From Candidatus Methylomirabilis sp. (GTDB lineage Bacteria > Methylomirabilota > Methylomirabilia > Methylomirabilales > Methylomirabilaceae), in NCBI GenBank assembly GCA_041498975.1, contig JBGQJI010000015.1:1-28829 (forward strand): a DNA stretch of 28,829 nt, given 5' to 3'. Both the position numbers and the translations under genes were made by a program. Numbering within the stretch: position 1 is the first letter of the stretch; each line of letters begins with the position of its first letter. The notes beneath the pieces were generated by a model. That model was given only the letters and a program-made list of their open reading frames with translations, made no database searches and had not been told where the DNA came from. Below, piece by piece: positions 7,921 through 16,231 of this stretch.

Positions 7921-9777
7921 CTAATCTCGCGCAATTCTCCGGCGCTCATGCAAGGGCAGCCGGATCGTAAAGCGGGCCCCTCCGCCTTCGCGATTCTCGG
8001 CCACGACCCTGCCGCCCAGGGCCAAGACCGTCTTCTGGGCCAGGGCCAACCCGAGGCCGGTGCCCCCCTCTTTCAGGGTGAAGAACGGGGTGAAGATCCG
8101 GTCCATCTCGTCCGGTGGGATCCCCGGCCCGGTGTCCTGCATACTGATCTCGACCATCCTCGCCCCATCCCCCGTGGTACCGCCCGGCTCGACCCGCTCT
8201 GGCTGTACTTTCACGGCCAGCTCTCCGCCATCTGGCATCGCCTCCAGCGCGTTGCGGATCAGATTCCCCAGCGCCTGCCGCAGCGCGTATGGATCGGCCT
8301 GTATCATCAACTCCTCTTCCGGAAGGTCGGTCAGGAGCTTGATCTTAGCATCCTCCATGGCCTGTCGAAAACCGTCCAGGGCTTCGAGCGTCAAGGCCGT
8401 CACCGCAATAGCAACCGGGGAGAGTTGCATCGGCCTGGCGAAAGCCAGAAAATCTTTCAGGGTCGCTTCCAGCAGGTCGATCTCCGAGACGATCTCTTCA
8501 AGATAATCCTGGGTGGTGGCCTCTGATGGGAGGCTCCGCTGGAGCAGCTTGGCGTAGCCCATGATCACCCCCAGCGAGTTTCTGAACTCATGCGCGATTC
8601 CCGCAGACATCCGGCCCAGGGCCGCGAGGCTCTCGCGCATGACCGCCTGCTCGCGAAACTGAAGGATTTCTGTCAGATCGGTCAACAGGAGCGCGAGGCC
8701 GATCAGGTTTCCCTCGCTGTCCTTCAGCAGCGATGAGCTCAATCCCACCCGGCGGAGTTCGCCATCCTTGCGCCGCACCGAAAGCTCCAGGCGAGAGAAG
8801 ATCCCTTGCCGCCGCAGGGCCTCACTGGCCACAGCGGTGATCTCGGCATCGTCTCCGAAGACCGCATGACACGGCCGGCCAATGACCTCCTCCTCGCTGA
8901 CCCCGAAGATCTGGCGTGCGGTCTTGTTGAAGACAGCGATCGTGAGATCCGGCTTGAAACTGATCACGCCGCTGGAGATGCTTCCAAGGATTATCTGTTG
9001 ATACCGCTCGAGGGCTTCCGCCCTCGTCCGCTCCGCTGCGTAGAGACGGCTGAGCTCCGCCTCTTTGTCGCGAAGAGCCTCCGTCGCCTGCTGAAAGGTG
9101 GATACCACGAAGTCGATGTCCGCGCTGCCCTCAGTTGGGACAGCCCCCTCGGCCCGACGAAAGTCCCTCGCGACAGAGGTGAGCTTAGCATATGGGCGAA
9201 GGATCGAACGGATGAAGAGCGCACCCAGGACAAGAGCCAGGAGCAGGCCGCCGCTGTACCCGCCGATGATGACCCAACGGATCCGATGGAGAAACCCAAG
9301 AAAATCATTCCTGGCCTCGACGCCCAGGACCTGTCGTTCCTCCCCGGAATCACGGCGCAGTGGCACAAGCAGGGCTCGGTAGTACCCTTGGCGCCCATCG
9401 CCGTAGAAATCGGTGAAGCGCGCCATGCCCGCCATGGCCCCTTCGATTGCTGAGAGCGGGGGGCGCGCTGGCGGCCCTGAGCCGAGAACCATTTCTCCCC
9501 CCGCCGCTCCCCAGAGAAATGCGCGGGGGACCCCGGTCTCATCGAGTACACTCCGCAGGCTCGCAGCCACCGAAGTCTGGGGGGCTGCGTCCAGACGCTC
9601 TAGAGCGAGATTAGCCGCTCGCCGGAGCTGTCCCTCCAGCTCTTGCGTGAGGCGCTCCTTGGCCCTGCCGTAGAGGTACGTGGCGCCGGTGAGGAGAAGG
9701 ACCAGGCAGAGGATCAGCAGAAGGGCAAAGATCCTCACCTGAGAGGCGTAATCCCGGAAGGCGCGAAGTCTCGTCAT
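7921..9777 (-). CDS. Membrane sensor histidine kinase with PAS domain (positional equivalent of Myxococcus PilS2)
   Basis: Two TM helices flanking a periplasmic domain, PAS (SISSGVISF..FNKTARQIFG), H-box AHEFRNSL, NLIRNALEAM, DTGPGI and FFTLKEGGTGLGL. Confidence 0.92.
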   Translation of the reverse strand: MTRLRAFRDYASQVRIFALLLILCLVLLLTGATYLYGRAKERLTQELEGQLRRAANLALERLDAAPQTSVAASLRSVLDETGVPRAFLWGAAGGEMVLGSGPPARPPLSAIEGAMAGMARFTDFYGDGRQGYYRALLVPLRRDSGEERQVLGVEARNDFLGFLHRIRWVIIGGYSGGLLLALVLGALFIRSILRPYAKLTSVARDFRRAEGAVPTEGSADIDFVVSTFQQATEALRDKEAELSRLYAAERTRAEALERYQQIILGSISSGVISFKPDLTIAVFNKTARQIFGVSEEEVIGRPCHAVFGDDAEITAVASEALRRQGIFSRLELSVRRKDGELRRVGLSSSLLKDSEGNLIGLALLLTDLTEILQFREQAVMRESLAALGRMSAGIAHEFRNSLGVIMGYAKLLQRSLPSEATTQDYLEEIVSEIDLLEATLKDFLAFARPMQLSPVAIAVTALTLEALDGFRQAMEDAKIKLLTDLPEEELMIQADPYALRQALGNLIRNALEAMPDGGELAVKVQPERVEPGGTTGDGARMVEISMQDTGPGIPPDEMDRIFTPFFTLKEGGTGLGLALAQKTVLALGGRVVAENREGGGARFTIRLPLHERRRIARD

Positions 9778-9819
9778 GCTTCTTCTATGAGGATTGGGTC
9801 GGGCCTCTCTCCCCTGCCG

Positions 9820-10590
9820 TCATCGGAAGAGCCCCCAATACCAGTCGATCACGCGATCCCCCACAAACAGGGCCATGACCGCCCCAAGCGCCAGAAACGG
9901 CCCAAACGGGATCCGATCTTTCCGCGAGAGGACCCGCGCCCCCACCAGAGCCAGCGAAACACCGGCCCCGGCGACGATCGCAAGGAAAAAGGAGAGGAGG
10001 GCGAGTCTCCAACCGAGGAATACCCCGATCATTCCGAGCAGATTCACGTCACCTCCGCCGATGCTCTCCCTTTGGAACGCCACTTCCGCATACACTGCCA
10101 CGAGATACACCAAGCCGGCGCCGATCAACATCCCCGCTGCCGCATCCCGAGGGGAAGGCTCGCGGGTGATGATGCTCCCGATCAGGCCGAGAGGAATGCC
10201 CGGCAGAGTGACCGCATGAGGAATGATCTGGTAGTCGAGATCGACGAATGTGACCACGATGAGGCCGCAGATGAAGACGAGCAAGAGCATCGACCGGAGG
10301 TTGAGCCCGAAGCGAACGACTGTCAGCAGGAAGAGCGAACCGGTCAAGGTCTCGACGAGCGGATACCGCCAGGAAATCCGACTCCTGCAACTACGACATC
10401 GGCCCCCGAGCAACAGGAAGCTCAAGATCGGGACATTGTCATGCCACCGGATGGGGACATTGCAGGCCGGGCAACAGGAGGGAGGACGCACGATGCTCTC
10501 CCCCTTTGGCAGGCGATGGATACAGACGTTCAAGAAGCTACCGACGACCAGACCAACAAGGACGCTAACGACCCCTTCCTCTGCGCGCAC
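9820..10590 (-). CDS. pilD: Type IV prepilin peptidase/N-methyltransferase
   Basis: GSFLNVCIHRLP, two CxxC pairs (CPAC, CRSC), RYPLVE, catalytic aspartates in FVDLD and GGGDV, and IPFGPFL. Confidence 0.95.
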   Translation of the reverse strand: MRAEEGVVSVLVGLVVGSFLNVCIHRLPKGESIVRPPSCCPACNVPIRWHDNVPILSFLLLGGRCRSCRSRISWRYPLVETLTGSLFLLTVVRFGLNLRSMLLLVFICGLIVVTFVDLDYQIIPHAVTLPGIPLGLIGSIITREPSPRDAAAGMLIGAGLVYLVAVYAEVAFQRESIGGGDVNLLGMIGVFLGWRLALLSFFLAIVAGAGVSLALVGARVLSRKDRIPFGPFLALGAVMALFVGDRVIDWYWGLFR

Positions 10591-10594
10591 GACG

Positions 10595-11266
10595 CTACCG
10601 GGCCCGCACCTGACCCGCCTTGAGCCCGTTCATCTCTTGAACGGCAAGCGATCTCAGATAGTCATTCTGCGCTGTCCGGTAGAGTTCGGACCATAACTCG
10701 AGCGCCGTTTCCGCATGGCCTGTCCGGGCGTAGAGTCTGGCGACGAATCTGGGGAGATAGTCGGGCCGACCCGGCAGCCTGGCGGCACGCTCCCACCACC
10801 TCAAAGCCCGGTCATAGTCTTGGACCTCCAGATAATAATACCGTCCGAGGTCGTGGAAGAGTTCCCACCGATCTGGGTTCGCAGCAGCGCCCTTTTCGAG
10901 GAGCGAGACAGCCGCCTGGGGTTGCCGGGCAAGATAGAGAAGGAAGAGCCCGCCCAACCGGTACGGCTCGAGGAAGCGCGGGTCCAGGGAGGTCGCCAGC
11001 TCCAGAGCCTTCTTGAGTTGCGGGAACTTCATGTCGGTCTCTATATGAGTTCCCACATACTGGACGATCTGAATCCAGAGCAGGTCGGCCGCGACTCCAT
11101 GAAACCCGAGGAGCACTGGTTTGAGATGCCTCGAATCCGGGAGGAATAGCCACCCCTGCCCCGGCGTGGCCTGCGCCCTTCTCCCATCAAGCCATACCGA
11201 CAGGAAGACTGATCCGAGGAGAGAGACGGTCAAGAGTGCCGCGATTGCGAGGCCCTCCCGCCTCAT
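10595..11266 (-). CDS. N-terminally anchored TPR-like protein (Myxococcus PilG / Geobacter XapA-like pilus accessory)
   Basis: N-terminal TM helix, DLLWIQIVQY, LDPRF and helical repeats (AVSLLEKGAAANPDRW, YDRALRWWERAA). Overlaps the ABC permease by 4 nt. Confidence 0.7.
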   Translation of the reverse strand: MRREGLAIAALLTVSLLGSVFLSVWLDGRRAQATPGQGWLFLPDSRHLKPVLLGFHGVAADLLWIQIVQYVGTHIETDMKFPQLKKALELATSLDPRFLEPYRLGGLFLLYLARQPQAAVSLLEKGAAANPDRWELFHDLGRYYYLEVQDYDRALRWWERAARLPGRPDYLPRFVARLYARTGHAETALELWSELYRTAQNDYLRSLAVQEMNGLKAGQVRAR

Positions 11267-12027
11267 CTAAAATCTCGCCGCTGAAAAATCGCCATGGCCG
11301 TCAGGACCAGCGCTGAAATGTAGAAGACGGCATACAGGAAGGAAAGCGCCAGGGCTCCCGGGTCAACCGCAGCGCCGTACACTGCCTGCTCCTTAAAATC
11401 CAGGCGGGAAAGGTTCGGCAGCAGAAAATACAACCCCTCGGCCGCCGTCCCCACCAGACCACCCCCGAAGCGAGCCGCAAAGAGCCGCAGGTCGGCGCTT
11501 AGATGTCCGGCAACGAAGAGGCAGAGGGTGAAGATCGCGCTCAGCGTCGGGGAGGAGAATGTGGAGAACAGCAGCGCAAGCGCGGTGACCAGCATCAACT
11601 CAAGGAAGATGAAGAGGACGGCCAGAAGGAGGCGTGGACTGGCGAAGCCCTCCCAGAAATAGCTCAGGCCGATCAGGCCAAGGGCCATGACCGACACGTT
11701 CACTAAGAGGGTCAGGACCAGGCCGAGATACTTCCCCAGGGCGAACTGGTATCGGTGAATCGGCTTCGAGAGGACTGTATAGACCGTCCGCTTCTCGATC
11801 TCCTTTGACACGAGCCCGATTCCGAGAAAAATGGCGATCAGGGAGCCGAAGATCGAGATGCAGGCCAAGCCCATATCTTTGATGATCTTCTCTTCCCCAC
11901 CCACGCTCACCGTGACCAGAACCGTGGAGCCGGCGAGCATCACCAGAGCGAAGACAAGGATGGCGTACAAGATCCTGTCGCGGACGGCTTCCATGAACGT
12001 ATTGAGGGCGATGGCGGCGATCCTCAT
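11263..12027 (-). CDS. ABC-2 type transporter permease (Myxococcus PilI-like)
   Basis: About 6 hydrophobic segments, SKEIEKRTVYTVLSKPIHRYQFALGKY and terminal FQRRDF. Overlaps the ABC ATPase by 4 nt. Confidence 0.88.
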   Translation of the reverse strand: MRIAAIALNTFMEAVRDRILYAILVFALVMLAGSTVLVTVSVGGEEKIIKDMGLACISIFGSLIAIFLGIGLVSKEIEKRTVYTVLSKPIHRYQFALGKYLGLVLTLLVNVSVMALGLIGLSYFWEGFASPRLLLAVLFIFLELMLVTALALLFSTFSSPTLSAIFTLCLFVAGHLSADLRLFAARFGGGLVGTAAEGLYFLLPNLSRLDFKEQAVYGAAVDPGALALSFLYAVFYISALVLTAMAIFQRRDFR

Positions 12028-12959
12028 GGGCTTTCTCGCGGCTGAACATGCCGAAGGAAATACTCCTCAAGACTTTCCCGTTGAGGGATGACGGAATGGA
12101 CGGTCCCCTTCGCTTCACCCAGCCGAGCGAGCAGTTCAGCGAGCGCATCCTCGTCCTTTACGGTCAGAATCAACCTCTCACCCTTCGAAGCGGGTCGCGT
12201 GAGGAGCAGATGTTCGAGTTCCTGCGACACCTCCGACGGAACATGAGAGACGGTGATCTCGATCGGCGCGACCTGTGCTCCGAGTATCTCATCGAGGGGC
12301 CCCTGAGCGACGAGGCGACCGCTGACCAGGATCCCCACCCGGTCGCACAGCATCTCCACGTCCGGGATGACGTGGGAGCTGAAGAACACGGTCTTCCCTT
12401 TCTCTTTCAGCCCGAGGAGCAGGTCGCGCACCTCCCGCCTCCCGACCGGGTCCAGACCGGACATCGGCTCATCAAACAGCAGCAACTCCGGATCGTTGAT
12501 CAAGGCTTGGGCCAGCCCGAGCCGTTGAAGCATCCCTTTCGAGTATTTCCGTAGCGGGAGATCCAGCCTCGTTTCGATCCGGAGTTGACGGGCCAGCTTC
12601 TCTATGCGCTCCTTCCGATCAGGCTGGGGAAGCCCGACCAGTTGTCCGTAAAAATTCAGGAGCTCTCTTCCAGTCAGATATTCGTAGAAATAGGGCTGCT
12701 CCGGCAAGAACCCGATCCGCTGCTTCGTTCTCACGTCACCAAGAGGCTGACCAAGCACTCTGGCTTCGCCTGAAGTGGGCCGGACCAATCCGATCAAAAG
12801 CTTCAGAGTCGTGGTCTTCCCGGCACCATTCGGGCCAAGGTATCCAAATATTTCTCCTTGGCAGACGGTCAGGTCTAATTGGGATAATACCCGAACCCTC
12901 TTTCCCCAGAAGCCGCTTCGATACTCTTTCGTCAGTTTTTCGATATCGATCGCATTCAT
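12024..12959 (-). CDS. ABC transporter ATP-binding protein (Myxococcus PilH-like)
   Basis: Probable start ATG 12959 (MNAIDIEKLTKEY). Walker A GPNGAGKTT, signature YSKGM, Walker B LLFDEP and H-loop FSSH. Confidence 0.93.
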   Translation of the reverse strand: MNAIDIEKLTKEYRSGFWGKRVRVLSQLDLTVCQGEIFGYLGPNGAGKTTTLKLLIGLVRPTSGEARVLGQPLGDVRTKQRIGFLPEQPYFYEYLTGRELLNFYGQLVGLPQPDRKERIEKLARQLRIETRLDLPLRKYSKGMLQRLGLAQALINDPELLLFDEPMSGLDPVGRREVRDLLLGLKEKGKTVFFSSHVIPDVEMLCDRVGILVSGRLVAQGPLDEILGAQVAPIEITVSHVPSEVSQELEHLLLTRPASKGERLILTVKDEDALAELLARLGEAKGTVHSVIPQRESLEEYFLRHVQPRESP

Positions 12960-13008
12960 TGATACCGTCCTGAACCCAACCATTAAGCCCACCAGATCAT
13001 CATGGGCT

Positions 13009-13036
13009 ACATTACCAATTGACCTCGAAAAGTCAA
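13009..13036 (-). promoter_or_regulatory. Possible sigma70 promoter for the ABC/pilD unit
   Basis: Minus strand TTGACT-16 nt-TAATGT with TG extension. It lies downstream of the pilA terminator, where a new promoter would be needed. Confidence 0.45.
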
Positions 13037-13125
13037 GGGGTTTCCGGCCTTGCTCGGCCGAATACGGGGGGCGAGTTCAGGGCAGAGACGCCGATCGAAA
13101 GGAAGGGAGCACGGGCCCCCCACAC

Positions 13126-13160
13126 AAAAAAACTGGGTGGGCTCTTGAGGAGCCCACCCA
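13126..13160 (-). terminator. Rho-independent terminator of pilA
   Basis: Perfect 11-bp stem TGGGTGGGCTC/GAGCCCACCCA with a 5-nt loop, followed on the minus strand by G then T7, about 40 nt after the pilA stop. Confidence 0.92.
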
Positions 13161-13199
13161 CTTACTAGTCGAATACTTCCTGGTCTGTGGCGCAGTTCG

Positions 13200-13667
13200 C
13201 TAACAGCCGATCGGTTGAACAGCGCCATAGTCGGTCTGCCACCCCACCACGCCATTACACGTGTTCCCGGTCGGGGCGCCGGTAGTCATTGGAGCGCTGA
13301 CAGCAGCGTTAGCAGGCCCGACACTCAGAGCCCAGATAGGCCAGAGGGGGTTTGCAACTGATGGTGCTCCGAAGCCGTAGTCGGCCGCAGGGGTTACTTG
13401 ACTGAACGGGTCTTTCGTCTGGCTGATATACCTGGCGTTAGTCAGATCTGTAATGGTCAAGGGGTAGGTATTGGTATCGTTGTTGTAGAGCTGTGACTGG
13501 CTGACAAGCTGCTTCGTGTCTGCCAGCGCCCTGGAGATCTTGGCTTTCCTCTGGGCGGAAAGCAGGTTCGGGATGGCGATCGCCGCCAGGATCCCGATGA
13601 TCGCGACGACGATCAGCAACTCGATCAACGTGAACCCTTTGGCCGTGTTTCGCAATCGATGCGTCAT
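13200..13667 (-). CDS. pilA: Type IVa major pilin
   Basis: Strong RBS GGAGGAGG before ATG 13667. Leader MTHRLRNTAKG|FTLIELLIVVAIIGILAAIAIP with E5. Mature length 144 aa with a C-terminal Cys pair. It has its own sigma54 promoter and terminator. Confidence 0.93.
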   Translation of the reverse strand: MTHRLRNTAKGFTLIELLIVVAIIGILAAIAIPNLLSAQRKAKISRALADTKQLVSQSQLYNNDTNTYPLTITDLTNARYISQTKDPFSQVTPAADYGFGAPSVANPLWPIWALSVGPANAAVSAPMTTGAPTGNTCNGVVGWQTDYGAVQPIGC

Positions 13668-13749
13668 TGCCGCCTCCTCCTTCAAGGCTGTTTAGGATGT
13701 TTAAGAGCACTAGACACGATTCCCATCAGCGATCGTAGCAATGGAGTAG

Positions 13750-13765
13750 AGCAACATCTATGCCA
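13750..13765 (-). promoter_or_regulatory. Sigma54 (-24/-12) promoter of pilA
   Basis: Minus strand TGGCATAGATGTTGCT matches TGGCAC-N5-TTGC with correct spacing. pilA is a known sigma54/PilR target in Pseudomonas, Myxococcus and Geobacter. Confidence 0.88.
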
Positions 13766-13808
13766 ATCCATCGTTTTCACTCTCGATGAGCCAATTTCAC
13801 TGCATGAA

Positions 13809-13840
13809 AATCAATTTCTTCCTATTTTTTTAATGAGTTA
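13809..13840. promoter_or_regulatory. AT-rich IHF-like bending site between the pilA promoter and its enhancer
   Basis: AATCAATTTCTTC (13809-13821) has one mismatch to WATCAANNNNTTR, followed by a T-tract and TAATGAGTTA. It lies 45-75 nt upstream of the -24 box. Confidence 0.5.
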
Positions 13841-13916
13841 CGGCCGTAAGTCGATCGGCAAATATTCGGATGTGACTCGCCGGATCAAGCGACATTAGAA
13901 AAGAGACCATATCTAT

Positions 13917-13955
13917 TGACAAATTTTCGTACATCGAGTGACAGTGTCTGTCACT
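13917..13955. promoter_or_regulatory. Candidate enhancer (PilR-type activator) sites upstream of pilA
   Basis: Perfect 8-bp inverted repeat AGTGACAG-TGT-CTGTCACT (13937-13955; core TGACA-N5-TGTCA). A second TGACA-N5-TCGTA site starts 22 bp away at 13917. Confidence 0.6.
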
Positions 13956-16212
13956 TCAGCCCGGTCTTCCTATCGAGCAGACGCCAGCCCCCTCGTTCAA
14001 CAAGTAAGCTATCAGTGAATGCCGCCCTCCTCGTCCTTCCATCCTGAAGCAGGAGCTTCAGTTCGTATCCCATCTTTGCAACATCCTGGTTTCCCACCAG
14101 ATTGACTATCCAATCAACCTCCACTGCTTCAATGTCCGGGGGCAGGCTTTGCAGCGATTCATCCTTGAATCGTTGATCCGCCTCGCGGGCAAAGGTCGCG
14201 ACGACGCCGGGCCAATCCCTCTGACTTCTCGCCTCCCAATACGCTGCGATGGTCGATTCGGGCGAAAGGAACCGACCCTTCATTCCCCTGAAGCAAATCT
14301 CCTCCATCGCTGGCTTGGAAAGCCGACCGGACATCTCCTCAGCCCACCTCCCTTCAGAGTTCCTCCCGGTGTCTCGAGAGATGTCAGCCAGCCTCCAGTA
14401 CATCCTGGCCAGCGTGTAACGATCGCCAGGCGCAAGGCACCGATTGAGGCCGCTCGTCACCAACTCCGGTCTGAAGATCTCCACGCCCTTTCTCAACCAG
14501 GCATGCGCTTCGTCTGGTCTGCCACTCCCGAGATAAAACTCGGCCAAATCGTAATAGTAGGCGAGGCGAGTGTAGGGTTGAAGCCTCACCGCTGAAAGGA
14601 ACTCCGATTCCGCTTTCTCATGTTGTCCTGCAAGCCAGTGGATTCGCGCCAACGCATGGAAGGCATCTCCATCAAATGGGTCGAGCCGGAAGGCGGCCTC
14701 TGCCTCGTGCTCACTACTCTCTCTATCTCCCTTTGCGGCGTACGCTGAAGCCAGCAGTTGCCGCGGAGAGTAAAAGAGCGGGTTCAATCGAGATGACCAA
14801 CGAAAGGCCCGCACGGCCCGGTCATGATCCCCGGCCTCCAGGGCGACGTTGCCCTCGTTCCGGAAGACTTCAGCGTAGTAGCGTGACCCAGCCAGGGCGG
14901 CCATCACGAGACAGAGCGATAAGAGGATGAACCTCAACGCCCGAAGATCGGCTGGCCCCTGGGCGTTGACCGCTGCCACGGGCAAGGACCGAGAGGACAG
15001 GCCCAACAGCATCGCTGCCTCCGTCCCGAATATGAGACCGACGGCAGGATAGCTCCAGCCGAGGTCCACTGCAGCGTGGAGCGAGGAACCCAGGAGTCCC
15101 GCAACGAGGCCGACTGCCAGGCTCCTCTCCCGAGTGCCCGGCTCCAGTGACGCGATGAGCCCCCACCCTCGCTTGAAGAGGAAGCCAAGTGCTAGCAGGA
15201 GCCCGGCCAGAGCCGGAAGCCCCATTTCGGCCGCCACTTGGAGGTAGTGGTTGTGGGCGTAGAGTCCTGTGATGTAGGGGGCCCGTTGATAGAGCTTGAT
15301 GGCAAAGGGAAACGTGCCGATGCCCGTCCCTGTCCACGGACGGTCCTTGATGATATCGAAGGTCCAGGCATAGATATCACGCCGCCACTGAAAGGATGGG
15401 TCGTGTTGCTCCTTGGAGGTTGCCGCGCTCAAAGAAACGAAGCGCGGCGCGATATCCGCTGGTCGCCTGGACGCGATGAGGACAAGGCTCACGATGAGGA
15501 CTGCCCCCATCGCCATCCTCCACCGGCAGGCCCAGAGCAATCTCCACTCTCGCGAGGTCCAGAACACAAGTGCAATCATCCCGGCCGCCCATACCCCCCG
15601 AGAGTGGGTAAGGATCAAGCCCACCCAGAAAACCGCAAAGAGGAGAACTGCGCCGAGTGACCCCACGCGTGTTCCGCTATGGGAGACGAACATAAAGGGG
15701 AGGAAGCAGATCAGGAGGAGGAAACTTCCAAGGCCATTCGGGTAATGAAACGCCCCTGAGAGCGCTGACGCCGCCTGGGATCCTGGAGGCGCGGTCAGAT
15801 AAGACGGCAACGCGTACAGCGTCACGGCCATCCCGCTCGACAGCAGCGCAATCAGGAGAAGCCGACGACGGCCTTGCCTGGCGATGTGAAAGCTCAGGAC
15901 GGACCCGCCAATGACGCTCAAGAAGGTGAGGGCCTCTCTCAGGCTGAAATCCTTGTACATCGAGGTGAGGCAGGAGGCTCCCGTCACGAGGCTGACGAGC
16001 GCAAGCCATCGAAGAGGAAGGGCGCGCAAGAAAGCGAGGTTCTCACGGCTGATGAGCGCGAGGGAGATGAGACAGAAGATGCCGGCCGAGAGCATCGCCC
16101 TGGCGAACGACGTTCTGCCGCCGTCGGACAACGGCAGGAGCAAGAGCAGACAGGCAAGCCCCCAGGAGATGATCAAGCCGATGGGAGAAGTGCTGCGGGT
16201 TGACGAGCTCAC
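13951..16212 (-). CDS. O-antigen ligase / O-oligosaccharyltransferase-like (Wzy_C) membrane protein with C-terminal TPRs
   Basis: About 12 TM segments, with F-H-YPN, LTHSRGVW, R-W..IIKDRPWTGTGIGTF and AHNHYLQVAAEMG (Wzy_C motifs). These are followed by TPR-like repeats (RLNP, RLDP, RLQP) and a small terminal domain. Confidence 0.85.
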   Translation of the reverse strand: MSSSTRSTSPIGLIISWGLACLLLLLPLSDGGRTSFARAMLSAGIFCLISLALISRENLAFLRALPLRWLALVSLVTGASCLTSMYKDFSLREALTFLSVIGGSVLSFHIARQGRRRLLLIALLSSGMAVTLYALPSYLTAPPGSQAASALSGAFHYPNGLGSFLLLICFLPFMFVSHSGTRVGSLGAVLLFAVFWVGLILTHSRGVWAAGMIALVFWTSREWRLLWACRWRMAMGAVLIVSLVLIASRRPADIAPRFVSLSAATSKEQHDPSFQWRRDIYAWTFDIIKDRPWTGTGIGTFPFAIKLYQRAPYITGLYAHNHYLQVAAEMGLPALAGLLLALGFLFKRGWGLIASLEPGTRERSLAVGLVAGLLGSSLHAAVDLGWSYPAVGLIFGTEAAMLLGLSSRSLPVAAVNAQGPADLRALRFILLSLCLVMAALAGSRYYAEVFRNEGNVALEAGDHDRAVRAFRWSSRLNPLFYSPRQLLASAYAAKGDRESSEHEAEAAFRLDPFDGDAFHALARIHWLAGQHEKAESEFLSAVRLQPYTRLAYYYDLAEFYLGSGRPDEAHAWLRKGVEIFRPELVTSGLNRCLAPGDRYTLARMYWRLADISRDTGRNSEGRWAEEMSGRLSKPAMEEICFRGMKGRFLSPESTIAAYWEARSQRDWPGVVATFAREADQRFKDESLQSLPPDIEAVEVDWIVNLVGNQDVAKMGYELKLLLQDGRTRRAAFTDSLLVERGGWRLLDRKTGLK

Positions 16213-16231
16213 GAGACGTTAAGCACAGGCC

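Noticed and set aside
6397..8526. 709-aa plus-strand ORF, and similar long antisense ORFs (20677-21819, 22367-23812, 9643-10623, 27966-28820)
   Set aside because: Shadow frames antisense to well-supported genes, expected in high-GC DNA. They have no recognisable motifs.
10040..10065. PilD GGGDVN instead of the usual GGGDxK as a sign of inactivation
   Set aside because: Both catalytic aspartates, the Cys pairs and PFGPF are intact. A single substitution is not evidence of loss of function.
13200..13667. Electrically conductive e-pilin (N-terminus matches Geobacter PilA over FTLIELLIVVAIIGILAAIAIP)
   Set aside because: Mature positions 24, 27 and 32 are L, A and K rather than aromatic. There is no aromatic residue between F1 and Y50, and only 11 of 144 residues are F/W/Y.
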